64,000 nucleotides of DNA from Camelus ferus (lineage: Eukaryota): contig NC_045707.1 in assembly GCF_009834535.1 (NCBI RefSeq), positions 63,428,001 to 63,492,000 of the forward strand, written 5' to 3'. The notes under the pieces are model-generated. The model was not told where the DNA came from. It searched no databases and saw only the letters and a list, made by a program, of their open reading frames with translations. Every line of letters begins with the position of its first letter. The first letter of the stretch is position 1. Shown here one piece after another: positions 1-12,420 of the stretch. The translations under genes were made by a program, and so were the position numbers.

Positions 1-1329
1 AAATGAGAGTTTGGTGGGATTAAAAAGTCAAAAGACACAACTCTTTCCCACTAAGATGTCTAGAAAGCTTTCAGAGATTCCAGACAATTGCCACAATGGA
101 TGAACAGCCCAGGAGACTATATATGAAGAAAAATAAAATTGTTTCTTTGGCCAGGGGTAGGATGAAGACAAATTATCTGAAGGGAGAAAACGTAGAGTCA
201 TATGATTTCAATCACAATTTAAATTTTGTCTCACAGAGTCCATTTTTCTTTCCTTCGAGAAAACGCCAGTACATTCAGCATCAGGTAAACATGATGCGTC
301 ACTGATTTGTCAGTTTGCTTTCATTGTCTTATACTGTAGTCATGGGATCATTTGGTTTAAAATGTTTTGTAAATACCCAGTTCAAATGTAAAATACGGAA
401 CCATTTATTACAAAGTCACTGAAACCTTATCATTAGCTTTGCTTGTTACTCCGCCATTGAGTGAAGCAGCACTTTAAAACATCCAGAAAACCCAATTCAT
501 GACCTCAGAAAAAGCAATAATTGTTTTGCAGATTAAAATCCTTTTCCCCACTCCAGCCAGTAACTTAATCTTCGGATGTAAATGTGGTGTGCAGAGTAAG
601 TAACCCGAAGGAGGAATCACGCATCATTTTGCCTCCGCGCCAGCAAAATATCTCCAGTTGACAGTTATTAATTTCTAGTCAAATTATCCTGGAAAAGGGT
701 CAAAGAGAACTAATGGTTTTATTTTACATTCCAGGAAGTGTTGTGCTTCAGTATTCAGAATGCAGTGCTCCGTAAAGGGAGCTGCAGCAGAAATCAGGAG
801 ACACACACGCCCTCTCCAAAAAAATATTAGATTGTTAAGTGCATTAACCCTTCATCAGGTCTCAGGCGCTTTCCCGCAAACTGTATTAAAACGATCAAAG
901 CTGCTCATATATTCGTCATCTGCACTGAGTGAAACATATGAAGTTTTAACCTACTTTGAAATATAAATGTCTGTTTTATACAAATGAGTGACCAAGGATT
1001 AAAAGGGCTATTTTTGTTTTCATTCACTTTTCTGTTTGTCTTTGATTTTGGAATTTTGGCTTCGTACATACGCATAAAGAAATAAAGACGGTCTAAGGGG
1101 TATTCGTTACATAAAGTTCCACCTGCCCCTCAGTTCCTAGTTAGATGGTCCGTGTCATGTGGGTTACATCATGACAAAATCGTTTTCATTCAGCTTACAT
1201 GTAATTCTTTCAACTGACTCACAGACATTTAAGCAAATTCAATTTTATGGTGACAGCCTCTGGTATAAAGGTGATTAAGGACCCAGTGCCACAAGGCGTG
1301 CCACACCCGAGGTAGAGTTCCTACACTAT

Positions 1330-1770
1330 GAATGGGGGCTGGATGGGGTAAGGGCAACCTGGCCTTCTTGGAAGTTACCTGCCTGGAATAGAGCTGGGAC
1401 TGGTGGGGAGGGAGGGCTGGGAAACTCCAGCAGCCTGCCCCCTGGGGACAGAACTGCAGCCCTAGACGGGAGCTGGGGATAAAGAAGCTTTCATCTCCTT
1501 GGCCACACCTGTCCAGATTAGAGCACACCTAGAAGATTTTCATAACACGGGGGTAGTGATGGAGCAGACTGTGGCTGCAATACCATAAACTCTAGCTGGT
1601 CCTCCCAAGATTCAGTAGATTTTCTAAAATGTATGTTTCTCCTTTGGACTGTATACCCTCAGGACAATTTACAGAGACTTTAAATGACTGGGTTGTTTTT
1701 TTATATATATAATTTTCACCATTTAAATTGTTGTTTCCGGTCCACTGATCTCCTTAGGCTACCATTTCCA
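1330..1770 (-). mobile_element. Ancient L1 (L1M-type) 5' UTR fragment
   Basis: Minus strand reads CATTTAAAGTCTCTGTAAATTGTCCTGAGGGTATACAG...GAAAATCTACTGAATCTTGG, the same motif as the plus-strand copy at ~56720-56810; recalled as an old L1 5' end. Confidence 0.55.
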
Positions 1771-2563
1771 TTTTGATTTTTTTAAGTGTTACTGAAATTT
1801 CTATCAGGGGAAACTTTCAGGGCAAAAAGCATTACAAGCTCAGAAACATCCCCTCAGAGGATTTCAGAATTCTTGTTTCATAGGAAAAGAATTGAAGAGA
1901 GGGGGAAAAAGGAGCCCAGAGGCAAAGGCCTAAGGATGCTGATGCCTTCAGGCGGTACCAGAAGAGCTGAGGTCCTGAAGGATCACAGTCAGAGTTTCAG
2001 ATTGTGCTGATAATGTTTTCAGGACTGCTGTGATTGGAAGTCGCCCAGGGGCAGGGCTACCCTCAGATCCGTTTCTCAGGTGGACCTTCAAGGTTCATGG
2101 GGAGCAGCCGACAAGATTGTTTCTTTCTTGCATTTTTTTAAACAGAAACCATATTAAAATAAAAGCCAAGGCAACTGAGTTTTGTGACCTAGAACCCATA
2201 GACATTGGTGCCTATCCTCTGCCTAGCACCTGGGGAAAGGCTACGTTTTTAGAGGGATGAAGAGTTGGAAGGTGAAGAGGGGGAAATGGAGGAGAACAAG
2301 GGAGGAGAGTATGGGGCTGGCAGGCAAAGCTGTCCCTGGAAGCAGGGAGGAGGGGGAGGGTGCCCATTTCCATGGTATTCCTTTAAGTGGGAGGGAACAA
2401 TTGCCTTGGGGTTGGGGGCCGGCAGGGAGGTGACATCAGTGGATTGGCATCAATGGTTGGGTCAGCCAGCTTCAAAGTTTTCACAATTTCATTAATTTTG
2501 GAGTAAAGCAATACTCCTTTTGAAATTTTTGGCCCTACTGATGTTACGATGGGATTTAGGTAT

Positions 2564-2929
2564 CATATTAGTTGTCTAGCGCCACCATGACAAAACGCCA
2601 CAGACAGGGTGGCTCAAACAACAGGACATATTTTCTCGCAGTTCTGGAAGCTGGAAGTCCATGATCAAGGTGTCAGCAGGTTTAGTTCTTTCCCTGGCTT
2701 GCAGATGGCCACCTTCTTCTGTGTCCTCACCTGGCCTTTCCTTTGTGTGCAGGAGAACCTGGTGTCGCTTCTTCTTCTTCTTATAAGAATATTAGTCACA
2801 TTGGATTAGGGCCCTGCCCTTATGACTTCATTTAACTATAATTACCTCTTTCAGGGCCCTATCTCAAAATACAGTCACATCAGGGGTTGAACACATTAAT
2901 TTCGGGGGGACACAATTCAGTTCATAATA
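2564..2929 (-). mobile_element. MaLR solo LTR (MLT1A/B/C-like)
   Basis: Typical MLT1 motifs (CAGTTCTGGAAGCTGGAAGTCCATGATCAAGGTGTCAGCAGG; GGGGGACACAATTCAG); exact 5-bp TSD GGTAT at 2559-2563 and 2930-2934. Confidence 0.85.
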
Positions 2930-5104
2930 GGTATTTATGTATACAAATGTCAGGAAAAATTGTGAATAACTTCAAAATAATTTTTTTTAAAAAGAAAGAA
3001 ATTGGTGTTGGGCCTAGCTCAATCATTAGGGTTTTCTCCACCTTTGGTTACCTTTGATTAGTCTATTTAGAAAACTGATCATAATGGGAAAAGTGTCCTG
3101 CTTCTCGTTAACGCAAATGAATCCTCTCCACACAAAGGCAAAGAGATTTTGTCCAGTAAAGAATGTGAATCTCTGTTAAGTTAAACTCTTTAACCAGTTG
3201 TAGCATCGTACTGGTTCCCTCATTAAAAAAAAAAGTTAAATAAAATCTTTGACACATGTTCATTTTATATTTGAATGAAAATCATGATTTTACCTTTTCA
3301 AAAATACAATCTTCCAAAATACTGAGGATTATTTGGGCAATATGATAGCTGCTGCCCTGACTTTTCAGCCTTTTATTGGTTTCCCTCTCTTTCCTAACAT
3401 TTTTTTTTTTTTTACTCTTCACTGAACTTAATCTCCAGGGTTAAAAATGAAAAATAGGAGGCACAATAAACACTGATGATGAGCAAGGAAACAAACGATG
3501 GAGACCAACATCAGAATCTCACCATGTTTCAACAAGGAGCCGTGTTACTGAGAAGAATGTTACTGAAACTTTTAATGTCATAGATTAATGGTACACACAT
3601 CCATAAAATAGGTATGACACTCTATCAGAAAAAAAAATATATGTACATTTAAATTTACCTTCTAAAATTTAGACTTTCTATGGTTCTAGATATTCCAAAA
3701 TTCATATTTAGATATTAAGATCAAAATTTTATTAAATAGTTGAGATTTCTTAATTAACTGGAAAAAGTCCATAAGTTAATTCCTTTGCAGTTGCTGTAAG
3801 TTTCTTAACCAGTCTTAAATAATATCATATTATTTTTATTCTTTTTAAACCTAAAAAATGTCTATGCCTTGGTCTTGGAACATTTTCCCTTGATTTCCTT
3901 AACCAACAATTCAGTGATCATAAGCATTCAAGCAACATGAAGGGTTTAATCAACACTTGCATAAACGCATCAGAAAACACTGTATAAGCAGAGATAACTT
4001 TAAGCAAATATGTACTTTCTTCTAAGCCGTAATTTGTTTCAAAGTAGGTTAGTTCCAGAATATTGTGTAAAGTAGTTTTAACCTTAGGTGACAAACTTGC
4101 CAACATCTCTGACCAAGGTGAACCCGTACCCAACGTATCTTAACATAATAAACATGTTTGCCACAATTTTAACATAGCAGGAATCTTCACAAAGGGAAAT
4201 CAGATAGCCAAAGTAAATAATCTCATACAATGCATTAGATTATCCAAAGTCATCTCCATTCTTTTCCAATGGTAAAAACAAATTAATTTGCTTTCTTGCC
4301 TCGGCATTTATGAATGCTGATTTAATCACGTAAATTTAGGCTTCCTGTGAGAGAACTTGAAACCACATTGTGAACATGACTTTCACATAAGGCTTGTTCC
4401 TTTTTCCTGAATTAGAAAGTAAAATTTCTTAAATCCAATGCTTGTATTAGACCCTAGGCAAAATCAGTATGGCCCTGCCATCTCCCATTAAGTTGATTCA
4501 GGACTCTGGGGAACCATGTCACCATCTGGACTGGAGTGCATGTGGTCAGAAGAAGGCCTGGGAGAATGTCCTCAAAAAGACCCCAGCTGGCTGAGCAGCC
4601 ACCTGTTACCAAGATGAGCGAGGGCACAACATATCATATTCATCATAATCCATCTGTTTCTAGGCTCCAAGTAGCCGATCCAGTCATGGCAGGGCACCAC
4701 TGACAACAGGCGAGGCCAGACTCAGAGAGGCCAAGACTACAAGTCCAGTGAAGCAAAAGACATCTCGGAGTTACTCATGAGGAGAGATGGACAAGGCGCC
4801 TGATTTGGAAAGGTCAAGGAAGGCAGAGGTAGCAGGCTTGGAGGAGCAGAAAGCCAGGAATTATCTAGAGCCCAGGAGTTCAGATCATTCAGAGAAGCCT
4901 TAAGAGCAGCCTCAGCGAGCTGAGGACTTAGATTCTGAGCAGAATAGGTTGTTTTAATGGCCTGCTGAACACACGGGTCTCTAAGAGACTTCGATTATGG
5001 CCTCAAAATAGACAGATCCACGTACATTAATTTAACTCCCAATTAAGGCAAAGATACAGAATCTAGAATTAATGTATAACCTCAGTGGGAAATAATAAAA
5101 TTAA

Positions 5105-5320
5105 CAATACCCAAAACTTATATAATGCTTAATAAGTACTTTGCATATTTTAACTAATTCAAGCCTCAACATAACCCTGCAAGTAGATACTATGATTATT
5201 CTCAATTTGGAAACAAGGAAAATTAGGTGCAGAGGATTTTCGAGACTTTCCCCAAGTCACACAAGTGGAAGAGCTGGCCTGGAAACCCAGCCTTCTGCTC
5301 TCTTCACCACACTGTGTTAG
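5105..5320 (-). mobile_element. MIR SINE
   Basis: Degenerate MIR core (ATTATTCTCAATTTGGAAACAAGGAAAATTAGGTGCAGAG...CCCAAGTCACACA). Confidence 0.6.
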
Positions 5321-7458
5321 CCCTTTCACTCCCTTTCATCTTCCAAGAAGCGGGAACAGGCTGAGGTCTTCTCTTCTCTTCTTAGTTTATACCCCCCTTT
5401 CCCTGTTCAATCCCTTTCACTCTGATTTCCCGTTTCCGTAGTATTGTGAATATCCAGTTGGATAGTCACGGTGGAACCAGAGCAGATGACTGCAAATATA
5501 CAGGCTGTGCCCTCTTCCTCCTCCTCCCAATCCATCTGCTTCAGTTGAAATGAGGAAGGACTCAAGTCTTTCGGCTGGAGAGGTTTGGCTTTTGAGTGCC
5601 TGAACCGTATGAAGGTCGCAAGAGGGGTGTGTGTGTGTGTATGCGTGTAAAGGGCAGGGGGTAGGATATAGAAGGTGGAGGTTGGAGAAAAGCTGAAGGT
5701 TGAAGGTGGGAGCTGGAGGAGGCTGTGTTTAGAAGGAACTCCTTGAGCCTTGTGATTTACACAGGCTGAGCGGAGCCCAAGTGATAAAACATGGAACAGT
5801 TGGAGAAAGGGCAACAGAGGGACTGAGATGCTCAGAACAGCACCAGCAAGCAACAGTGGTGAGATGCTCTCCCTGGTGACTCACAGGCAGCAGGCGTCAA
5901 AGAGACAAGAGCAGATTAATGGCCCTGTTCTTCAGACCTTCTGAGAACTTTCCCAGAGATGCTTAGAAATACACAGGGGAGATTTTGAAAAGGAGCAGGA
6001 AAGAGTTGTGGCCCCAGAGTTGCGCAGGTGAACAACATGCAGGTATTTATGTTCATGTGACCTCACTGCTTGCGGAGACCAGGGGGGGCCTGGGGGGACA
6101 TCCTAGCTTGCTGGATCCTCAGGAACAGAGAAGAGCAAGAACAATGCACTATAAGCCAGCCCCTGCAGTCATGCCGAGCCCAGCTGCCAACTTATTCTAC
6201 TAAGAAAGGGCAACACAAACATGGTGCCAGAATAGTTCATACTCTATCCAGGCCTTTTCGGTTGGGGTTTTATTTTTGTAGTCGTTTTCATACATGTTGA
6301 GTTTTACCTATACATTAAAGTCGTTGTCCTTTTTGTCATGGAATTCTGTCCCACGATGTACAAATTTCGGTGCATTTCTCCCACCAGCACCGACACTTGG
6401 TACTCAAGCTTGTCCCTCAAGATATGGCTCAATTCAAGTCCGAAGAAACTTCACTGTGACCTTTTCACTATGTCACTGAGCTTGTGGTTAGTTTGCCTAA
6501 AGTCAAATTCCAAGGACCAGGTGACATAAGGGTGAAAAATAGAATAAGCACTTTTGATCTAAGTCAATGTGACTGGACCGTATGTAATAGCCCTGCTGTC
6601 CTTCTGTTTCCTATTTTGTACACATCTTTTTCGGTCATCAGCTGTAGCAGGCAATTTTGGGGGAGGGAGGGAAAGCCCGTCAAAAATTCTCAAAAGGACT
6701 GAAATATGAGCAGATGTCCAAGAGGAAGACAAAATAACATTGCAAGTAAAATGTAAAGATTTATTGATACACTTTAGCAAGCTGTAATAGAAAATGTCGA
6801 GAACCTCAGAGTACAACACTAAAAGAGAAAAGGTAAAAAGTCTTATTTTCATCCCATTGAGTTCAATAAATCACGTAGTTCCAGTTGCTTTCAAGATGGT
6901 TGTCCGCTGAGTTGTGAGTTGTCATTAGTTAATTTTAATTTAGCATACGTAAAATACTTTCTCCTATATATATAATTATGTATAAACACAGTACATATAA
7001 GTAAGCATTTAGGTATTAATTTACAGCATATGAAAACTACCTTAAAGTAAAGCTATTATTTTATTATGATGATATAATTATGCTTATTTCTTCTAAAAAA
7101 TCTTTATTTTGAAAAAATAAGAAAACTACACCAAGTTAATCAAATTCCATAGGAAAAGGAGTAATATTAAAACATAGTTTATGTTCTTCGATTGAAAAAA
7201 ATAGAGGATGTGGTGAGTGTTAGAAAGATCAACTCTTTCTGTACATGCTGGCAAAGGTATAATCGATAAGATGTAGAATATTATTTACCTGCTAAGAGAA
7301 ATTAACTTAGTAAGTATGCATTGAGCATCTACTAGGAACTAGGCACTATGAGGTTACTATTAGTAGGCAGTGCTTACTCTATGGTTAGTGAAGCAGCAGA
7401 CATAGAAACAACTAATTAAAGTGCAAGATAGAATGAAACAGTAGTCAGTGCTTTGGCA

Positions 7459-8204
7459 CAATGAGATACTACATCACAGCCCTTAGGGTGATCACTATTA
7501 AAAATAATAATAATAATAAATGTTGGTGAGGATGTGGAGAAATCAGAACTTGTATAAATTGTTGGCAGGACTGGTGCAGCCATTATGGAAATGGTGCAGC
7601 CACTATGAGAAAAACAGTACAGAGGCTCCTCAAAAAATTAAAAACAGAACTACCAGCAGTCCCACTCCTGGGTATTTATCCAAAAGAATTGAAAACAGAA
7701 TCTCAGAGAGGTGTATGCACACCCATGTTCATTGCAGCATTATTCACAATAGCCGAGATGTGGAAGCAACATAAATGCCCATCAAAGGATGAATGGATAA
7801 AGAAGATGTGGTACACGATGTGTATTACTCATCCTTAAAAAATAAGGAACTCTTGTCATGCGCTACAAGATGAATGCACTTTGAGGACAATAAGCAAAGT
7901 GAAATAAGCCAATGACGTAAAGAAAAATACTCCATGATTGCACTTACATGAGTGTCTAGAGTCATCAAACTCATAGAAACAGAAGGTAGAACGGTGGTTG
8001 TCAGGGACTCAGGGAGAGGGAATGGGGAGTTGTTGTTCAGTGGATATAGAAATACAATCATCCAAGATAAAAAAGTCCTAGACATCTGTGTACGACAATG
8101 TGCATACACTTAACAATACTAAAATGTATACTTAAAATTGTTAAGAGGAAAAATTTATGTGTTTTTCTAACCACAATTTTTTAAAAAGTCCAAAAAAAAA
8201 AAAA
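7459..8204 (+). mobile_element. 5'-truncated L1 (ORF2 C-terminus, 3' UTR, polyA) inside an L2 remnant
   Basis: ORF 7605-7838 (PLLGIYPKE...CTPMFIAALFTIA...WIKKMWY) is the L1 ORF2p C-terminus; 12-bp TSD TCAGTGCTTTGG at 7445-7456 and 8205-8216. Confidence 0.92.
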
Positions 8205-8979
8205 TCAGTGCTTTGGTAGCATAAAAGGAGTAACTTTCCTAAATCAGAGGGTCATAGCTTCAGAGTAGGGGCAGCATTTGCCTTGAGTTTTGAAGAGTAG
8301 GTACAATTCAGACATATAAGAAGGTATGGAAAAGCATTAAGAAAGACCCAGATGAGTGAAATTCCATAGACTGGTTGAGTAGCAAGTAATCTGGGTGGCT
8401 AGCATTTAAGCCATAAAGGATCAGCTCAGAGCACTCACCAAACAAGTTCCTTTAAAAGACAGTAACATCTTTTCTATTATCTATAATAATTTACAGCTGT
8501 TTTACCAGGATAGAATGTTATTTGATGTCCTCATTGTAAACGTCCTGTACATCATGGCTTATCTAGCACCCCTCCTAGAAAGTGAAAAGAACTGAAGACT
8601 GTGATCCCACTAAATCTTGACCTTTTTGCCTTTAAATTTTAAACAGCAGTTTTTCATGACCTGACATAGGGCAAAGCAATTCAATCCAAGAAACAAGAGA
8701 CACTGAAAACGCCATTGAAGAAAAAAAGTGTCTAAGAAGCTCACTATTTCGTTTATAATTCTGATATAAATAAGAATACATTTTGGTGTCGTCAAGGTCT
8801 TTTATTCTAAGATAGTTATTGACCTTAATGGCCAAAACTTATTCCTGTCGAATTTGACAAAGATATTGATGATTAAAATAAAAAGTGGGTATGTCTGAGG
8901 TGCCTTAGAGACATCCAGGTGAAAATGTTGAATAATCAATTACAACTGGAGGTTAGAGTTCAGGAAAGAGGTTGGCTAG

Positions 8980-10270
8980 CATGAAACCCATGCATATATA
9001 GTCAACTGATTTTGACAAGGATGCCAAGAACATGCAATGAGGAAAGGATAGTCTTTTATCTACTGGTTATCCACAAGCAAAAATAATGAAACAGTACCCC
9101 TATCTTACACTACTCACGTAAATTAACTTGAAATGAATAAAAGGCTTAAATGTAAGATCTGAAAATGTAAAACTCCAAAAAGGAAACACAGGGGAAGAAA
9201 TCCTTAACATGGATCTTGGCAATGACTTCCCTGATAAGACTTCAAAAGCACGGGCAACAAAAGTTGAAATAAACAAGTGGGACTACATCAAACTAAAGAG
9301 CTTCTGAATAGCAGAGGAAATAATCAGTAAACTGAAAAGGCAACCTACGGAATGGGAGAAGATACTTGCAAACCATGTATCTGATAAGGAGTTAATAGTC
9401 AAATTGTATAAACAACTCATACAGCTCAATAGCAAAAAAAAGTAAATAATTCAATTTTTTTAATGGGCCAACGGCCTGAATAGACATTTTTTCAAAGCAG
9501 GCTTACAAATAGCCAATTGATTTCTGAAAAGATGATCAGCACCACTAATCATCAGAGAAATACCGATCAAAGTCACAGTGAGATACCATCACCTTACACC
9601 TGTTAGTATGGCTATTTTCAAAAAAAAAACAAGAGGTAACAGATATTGCCAAGGATGTGGAGAAAAGGAAACCCTTATACACTGAGGGTGGAAATGTTAT
9701 TTGGTACAGCCAAGACAACCGTACGGTGGTTCCTCAAAAAATTCAAAATTTAACTACTCCACAAAAAAAGAAGGAAATCCTGCCGTTTGCGACAACATGG
9801 ATGAACCCCGAGGGCATTATGCTAAGTGAAACAAGTCCAACGGGGAAAGACAAACACTGTAGGTATCAATCATATGTGGAATCTAAAATAAGACCAGTTT
9901 CAGAGAAACAGAGAAAGAATGGTGGTTGCCTGCAGAGTGGGGAGATATAAGTCAAAGGGTACAAATTTTCAGTTTTAAGAAGAGTAAGTTCTGAGGATCT
10001 AATGTACAGCGTGATGAGTATAGTTAATAATAAGGTATTATATGCTTGAACGTTGCTGAGAGTAGATCTCAAACATTCTCACTCTACACACACAAAAAGA
10101 GTTAACTCTGTGAGGTTCTGAGAGACGTGCTAATTATCTTGATCTTGGTAATCTTTCCACAGTGGATATATATGTATATCAAATAACCACATGGTACACT
10201 TCAAACATATACAGTTATATTTGTCCAAAAAAAGTTATAAAATAAATTTTTAAAAATCGATAAAAAATTT
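8980..10270 (+). mobile_element. L1 3' portion (ORF2 end plus 3' UTR) with an internal deletion near 9750
   Basis: L1 motifs AAACAAGTGGGACTACATCAAACTAAAGAGCTTCTG and AGGCAACCTACGGAATGGGAGAAGATA; A-rich tail. Confidence 0.9.
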
Positions 10271-10689
10271 AAAATCTTACTAAACTAGTTTAGGATCTGA
10301 TACACAAGTGAGGAGGAAAGAATGCACCTGGCCTGTGTGTTGTGGGGAGTTTTGCCACTGAGATCCTCTTGCAAACCCAGGGCCCTCAAAGCACTGTAAG
10401 CACAATTAAAGGGTGGGCAAGAAAAAATGCACCCATTAGCACAGGAAGATAGTGATGGAGCTTGTTTGGCCCTTACTGAGATCTAAGCGGGTGAACAGTC
10501 AAGAAAGTTCTTTTGGGAAATCAAAATAGCAGGCCTATGTAGGTATATGGTGTTCAGAACCCCAAAGTCAAGAGGGTAACATAAAATGAGTCTGAGACTT
10601 TTGAAGTTTCTGGGGCTCCTGGCAGAATCACACGCTTTCCAGGCACTCTCCCACAATCTCCACAAAGCCATTCTCTCTCTCTTTAAGTA

Positions 10690-11035
10690 GACATCAAATA
10701 TTTATAAAAATTCACCATGTGCGAGGCCACAAGGCGAATCTCAACACAAAATAGACTCATACAGACCACCTTCTGTAACTGAAATGCAATAAAATTAGAA
10801 ATGAGTAACAAAAATGCAATTCCAAAAGACTTGTATATTTGAAATATTCAAAATAGACTGCTACACAATTCGTGGATTAAAAATAATTCATAAAGGATAT
10901 CAGAAAATATTTAGAAGAGAAGATAATGAATCATTTCTTAATATTCATGAATTTAGCTATAGGAGCATTTATAAGGGAAAAAAAACTACAGCCTTAAACA
11001 TGTATACTAACAAAGGAGAAAGATTTAAATTAAAT
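10690..11035 (+). mobile_element. Old L1 ORF2 endonuclease-region fragment
   Basis: CATACAGACCACCTTCTGTAACTGAAATGCAATAAAATTAGAAAT resembles the FSDHNAIKLEI-coding end of the L1 endonuclease. Confidence 0.6.
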
Positions 11036-11054
11036 TCGAGGGAGTAGTAAACAA

Positions 11055-11500
11055 AAAGTTCTATTTTGGACTTGCGGAGTTGGAGGTAAGTATGCAATGT
11101 TCAGTACAGACGCCAAATAGCAAATTAAGTATAGAAGCCTGGAGCTTAAGGAAAGGTTCAGGTCTCAGGAAATAAAAGTCTCTGCATAGAGGCTACTTAG
11201 TCAAGGCAATGGGTTCCATGACCCAGAGGAAGAGTCTATATGAAAAAAGATAGGCAAGGACAAAGCCTTGGAGCACTTCAATATCTAGAAGAAAAATCTC
11301 ATCTAGAAGATGAGAAGCCATCGAAGGAGACTGAAAAGAAGCAGATAACGAAGGAGAAAGAAAACCAGGAAAATGAACTGAAAAGGAAGGCAAGAAAAAC
11401 AGTGTTTAGAGAATCAACTGACTCAAATGCTCCTAGGAGACAATGTAAGATGGATGCTGAGAATCAACCATTTTGTAAGACGGAAGTCGTTGTTTCAAAG
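11055..11500 (-). mobile_element. L2 LINE fragment
   Basis: Purine-rich antisense L2 motifs (GGACAAAGCCTTGGAGCACTTCAATATCTAGA; AAGGAGACTGAAAAGAAGCAG). Confidence 0.6.
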
Positions 11501-11811
11501 GACCGCGGGGAAGGGAAAGTCCGGATCCACCACTCCACTCGCTGGGGAAGGGGTTAGCTTTGCTGAAGAGTAGGGCTCTAGCTCCATCTGTGACTGGAGA
11601 AGGACAAGGACAGGGAAAGAGACAGGTAAAGGCATAACTGAAAAAGACCTAAATAGAAGATAGACACTGAAGCTAAGTTGAAGGTAGCAGACTGCAGGAG
11701 GTACTTAGAAGGAAAGTGGTATATTCAGAGCTGCGTGTTACGTTGGCTCTGCCTGAAACAGGACTGGAGACAGAGCGGCAGTCCAACCAAGAGATGGCAA
11801 TGGTTCTACGT

Positions 11812-12420
11812 ATGGAATAGTCAGGGCTCCCACAGGAAGTGGATGGCATCCTTACATTAAGATAATTCCAGGAGGGTTGATTTAAAAAGAAATTCATTTT
11901 CACCCTCTGAGTGGGGATAGGGAATCACAAGGGATGGCAGAAATCTGAAACTAGAAGCAGTGAAGCTAAAACCCACCTCCTCCTTAGACTCAAAGGAAGA
12001 TGGAAAAGGACAGAGCACAAAGTCCGGAAGGAGAGTTGGGGAAAGCAGGCTGCCTTGAAAGATTCACTCCTCACAGGAGACAGAGAGAAATACTATTTGA
12101 CTTCTTAATCAATTATTCTTTAAAAACAAAAATTAATAAAAGAAGTTCGTTGAGAAATTACATGTGCCAGGGACTGTACTAAGTTTACATTATTTATATG
12201 CTTCAATGACTCTGTGATGTAGATACTCCCTGAAGAAATCAAAGGAATAAATACCATGACCCCACAATTCTTTCCTTAGGACTTCTGTCAACACTCCCCA
12301 CTGGCCAGAACCAACAGTCCCTGGACAAGGAATCACACTGATAGAAAAAGGAGACCCTTAGCAAAACCTGGGCACATCTGAGATCTAAGTATGCCATGGA
12401 GATCAATGCAAATTAAATTC
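11812..12420 (-). mobile_element. Old ERV-L-class LTR (LTR33-like), interrupted by a MIR-like piece at ~12130-12225
   Basis: GTCAGGGCTCCCACAGGAAGTGGATGGCATCC...GATAATTCCAGGAGGGTTGATTTA and CCCCACTGGCCAGAACCAAC resemble recalled antisense LTR33; subfamily uncertain. Confidence 0.45.

Noticed and set aside
4460..5000. Possible ancient Gypsy-like LTR (similar impressions at ~26990-27600, ~28630-29660 and ~43560-44130)
   Set aside because: Composition suggests old LTRs, but no diagnostic termini or motifs could be fixed by eye.
5407..5853. 148-aa minus-strand ORF
   Set aside because: Low complexity, crosses a (CA)n tract, no family resemblance.
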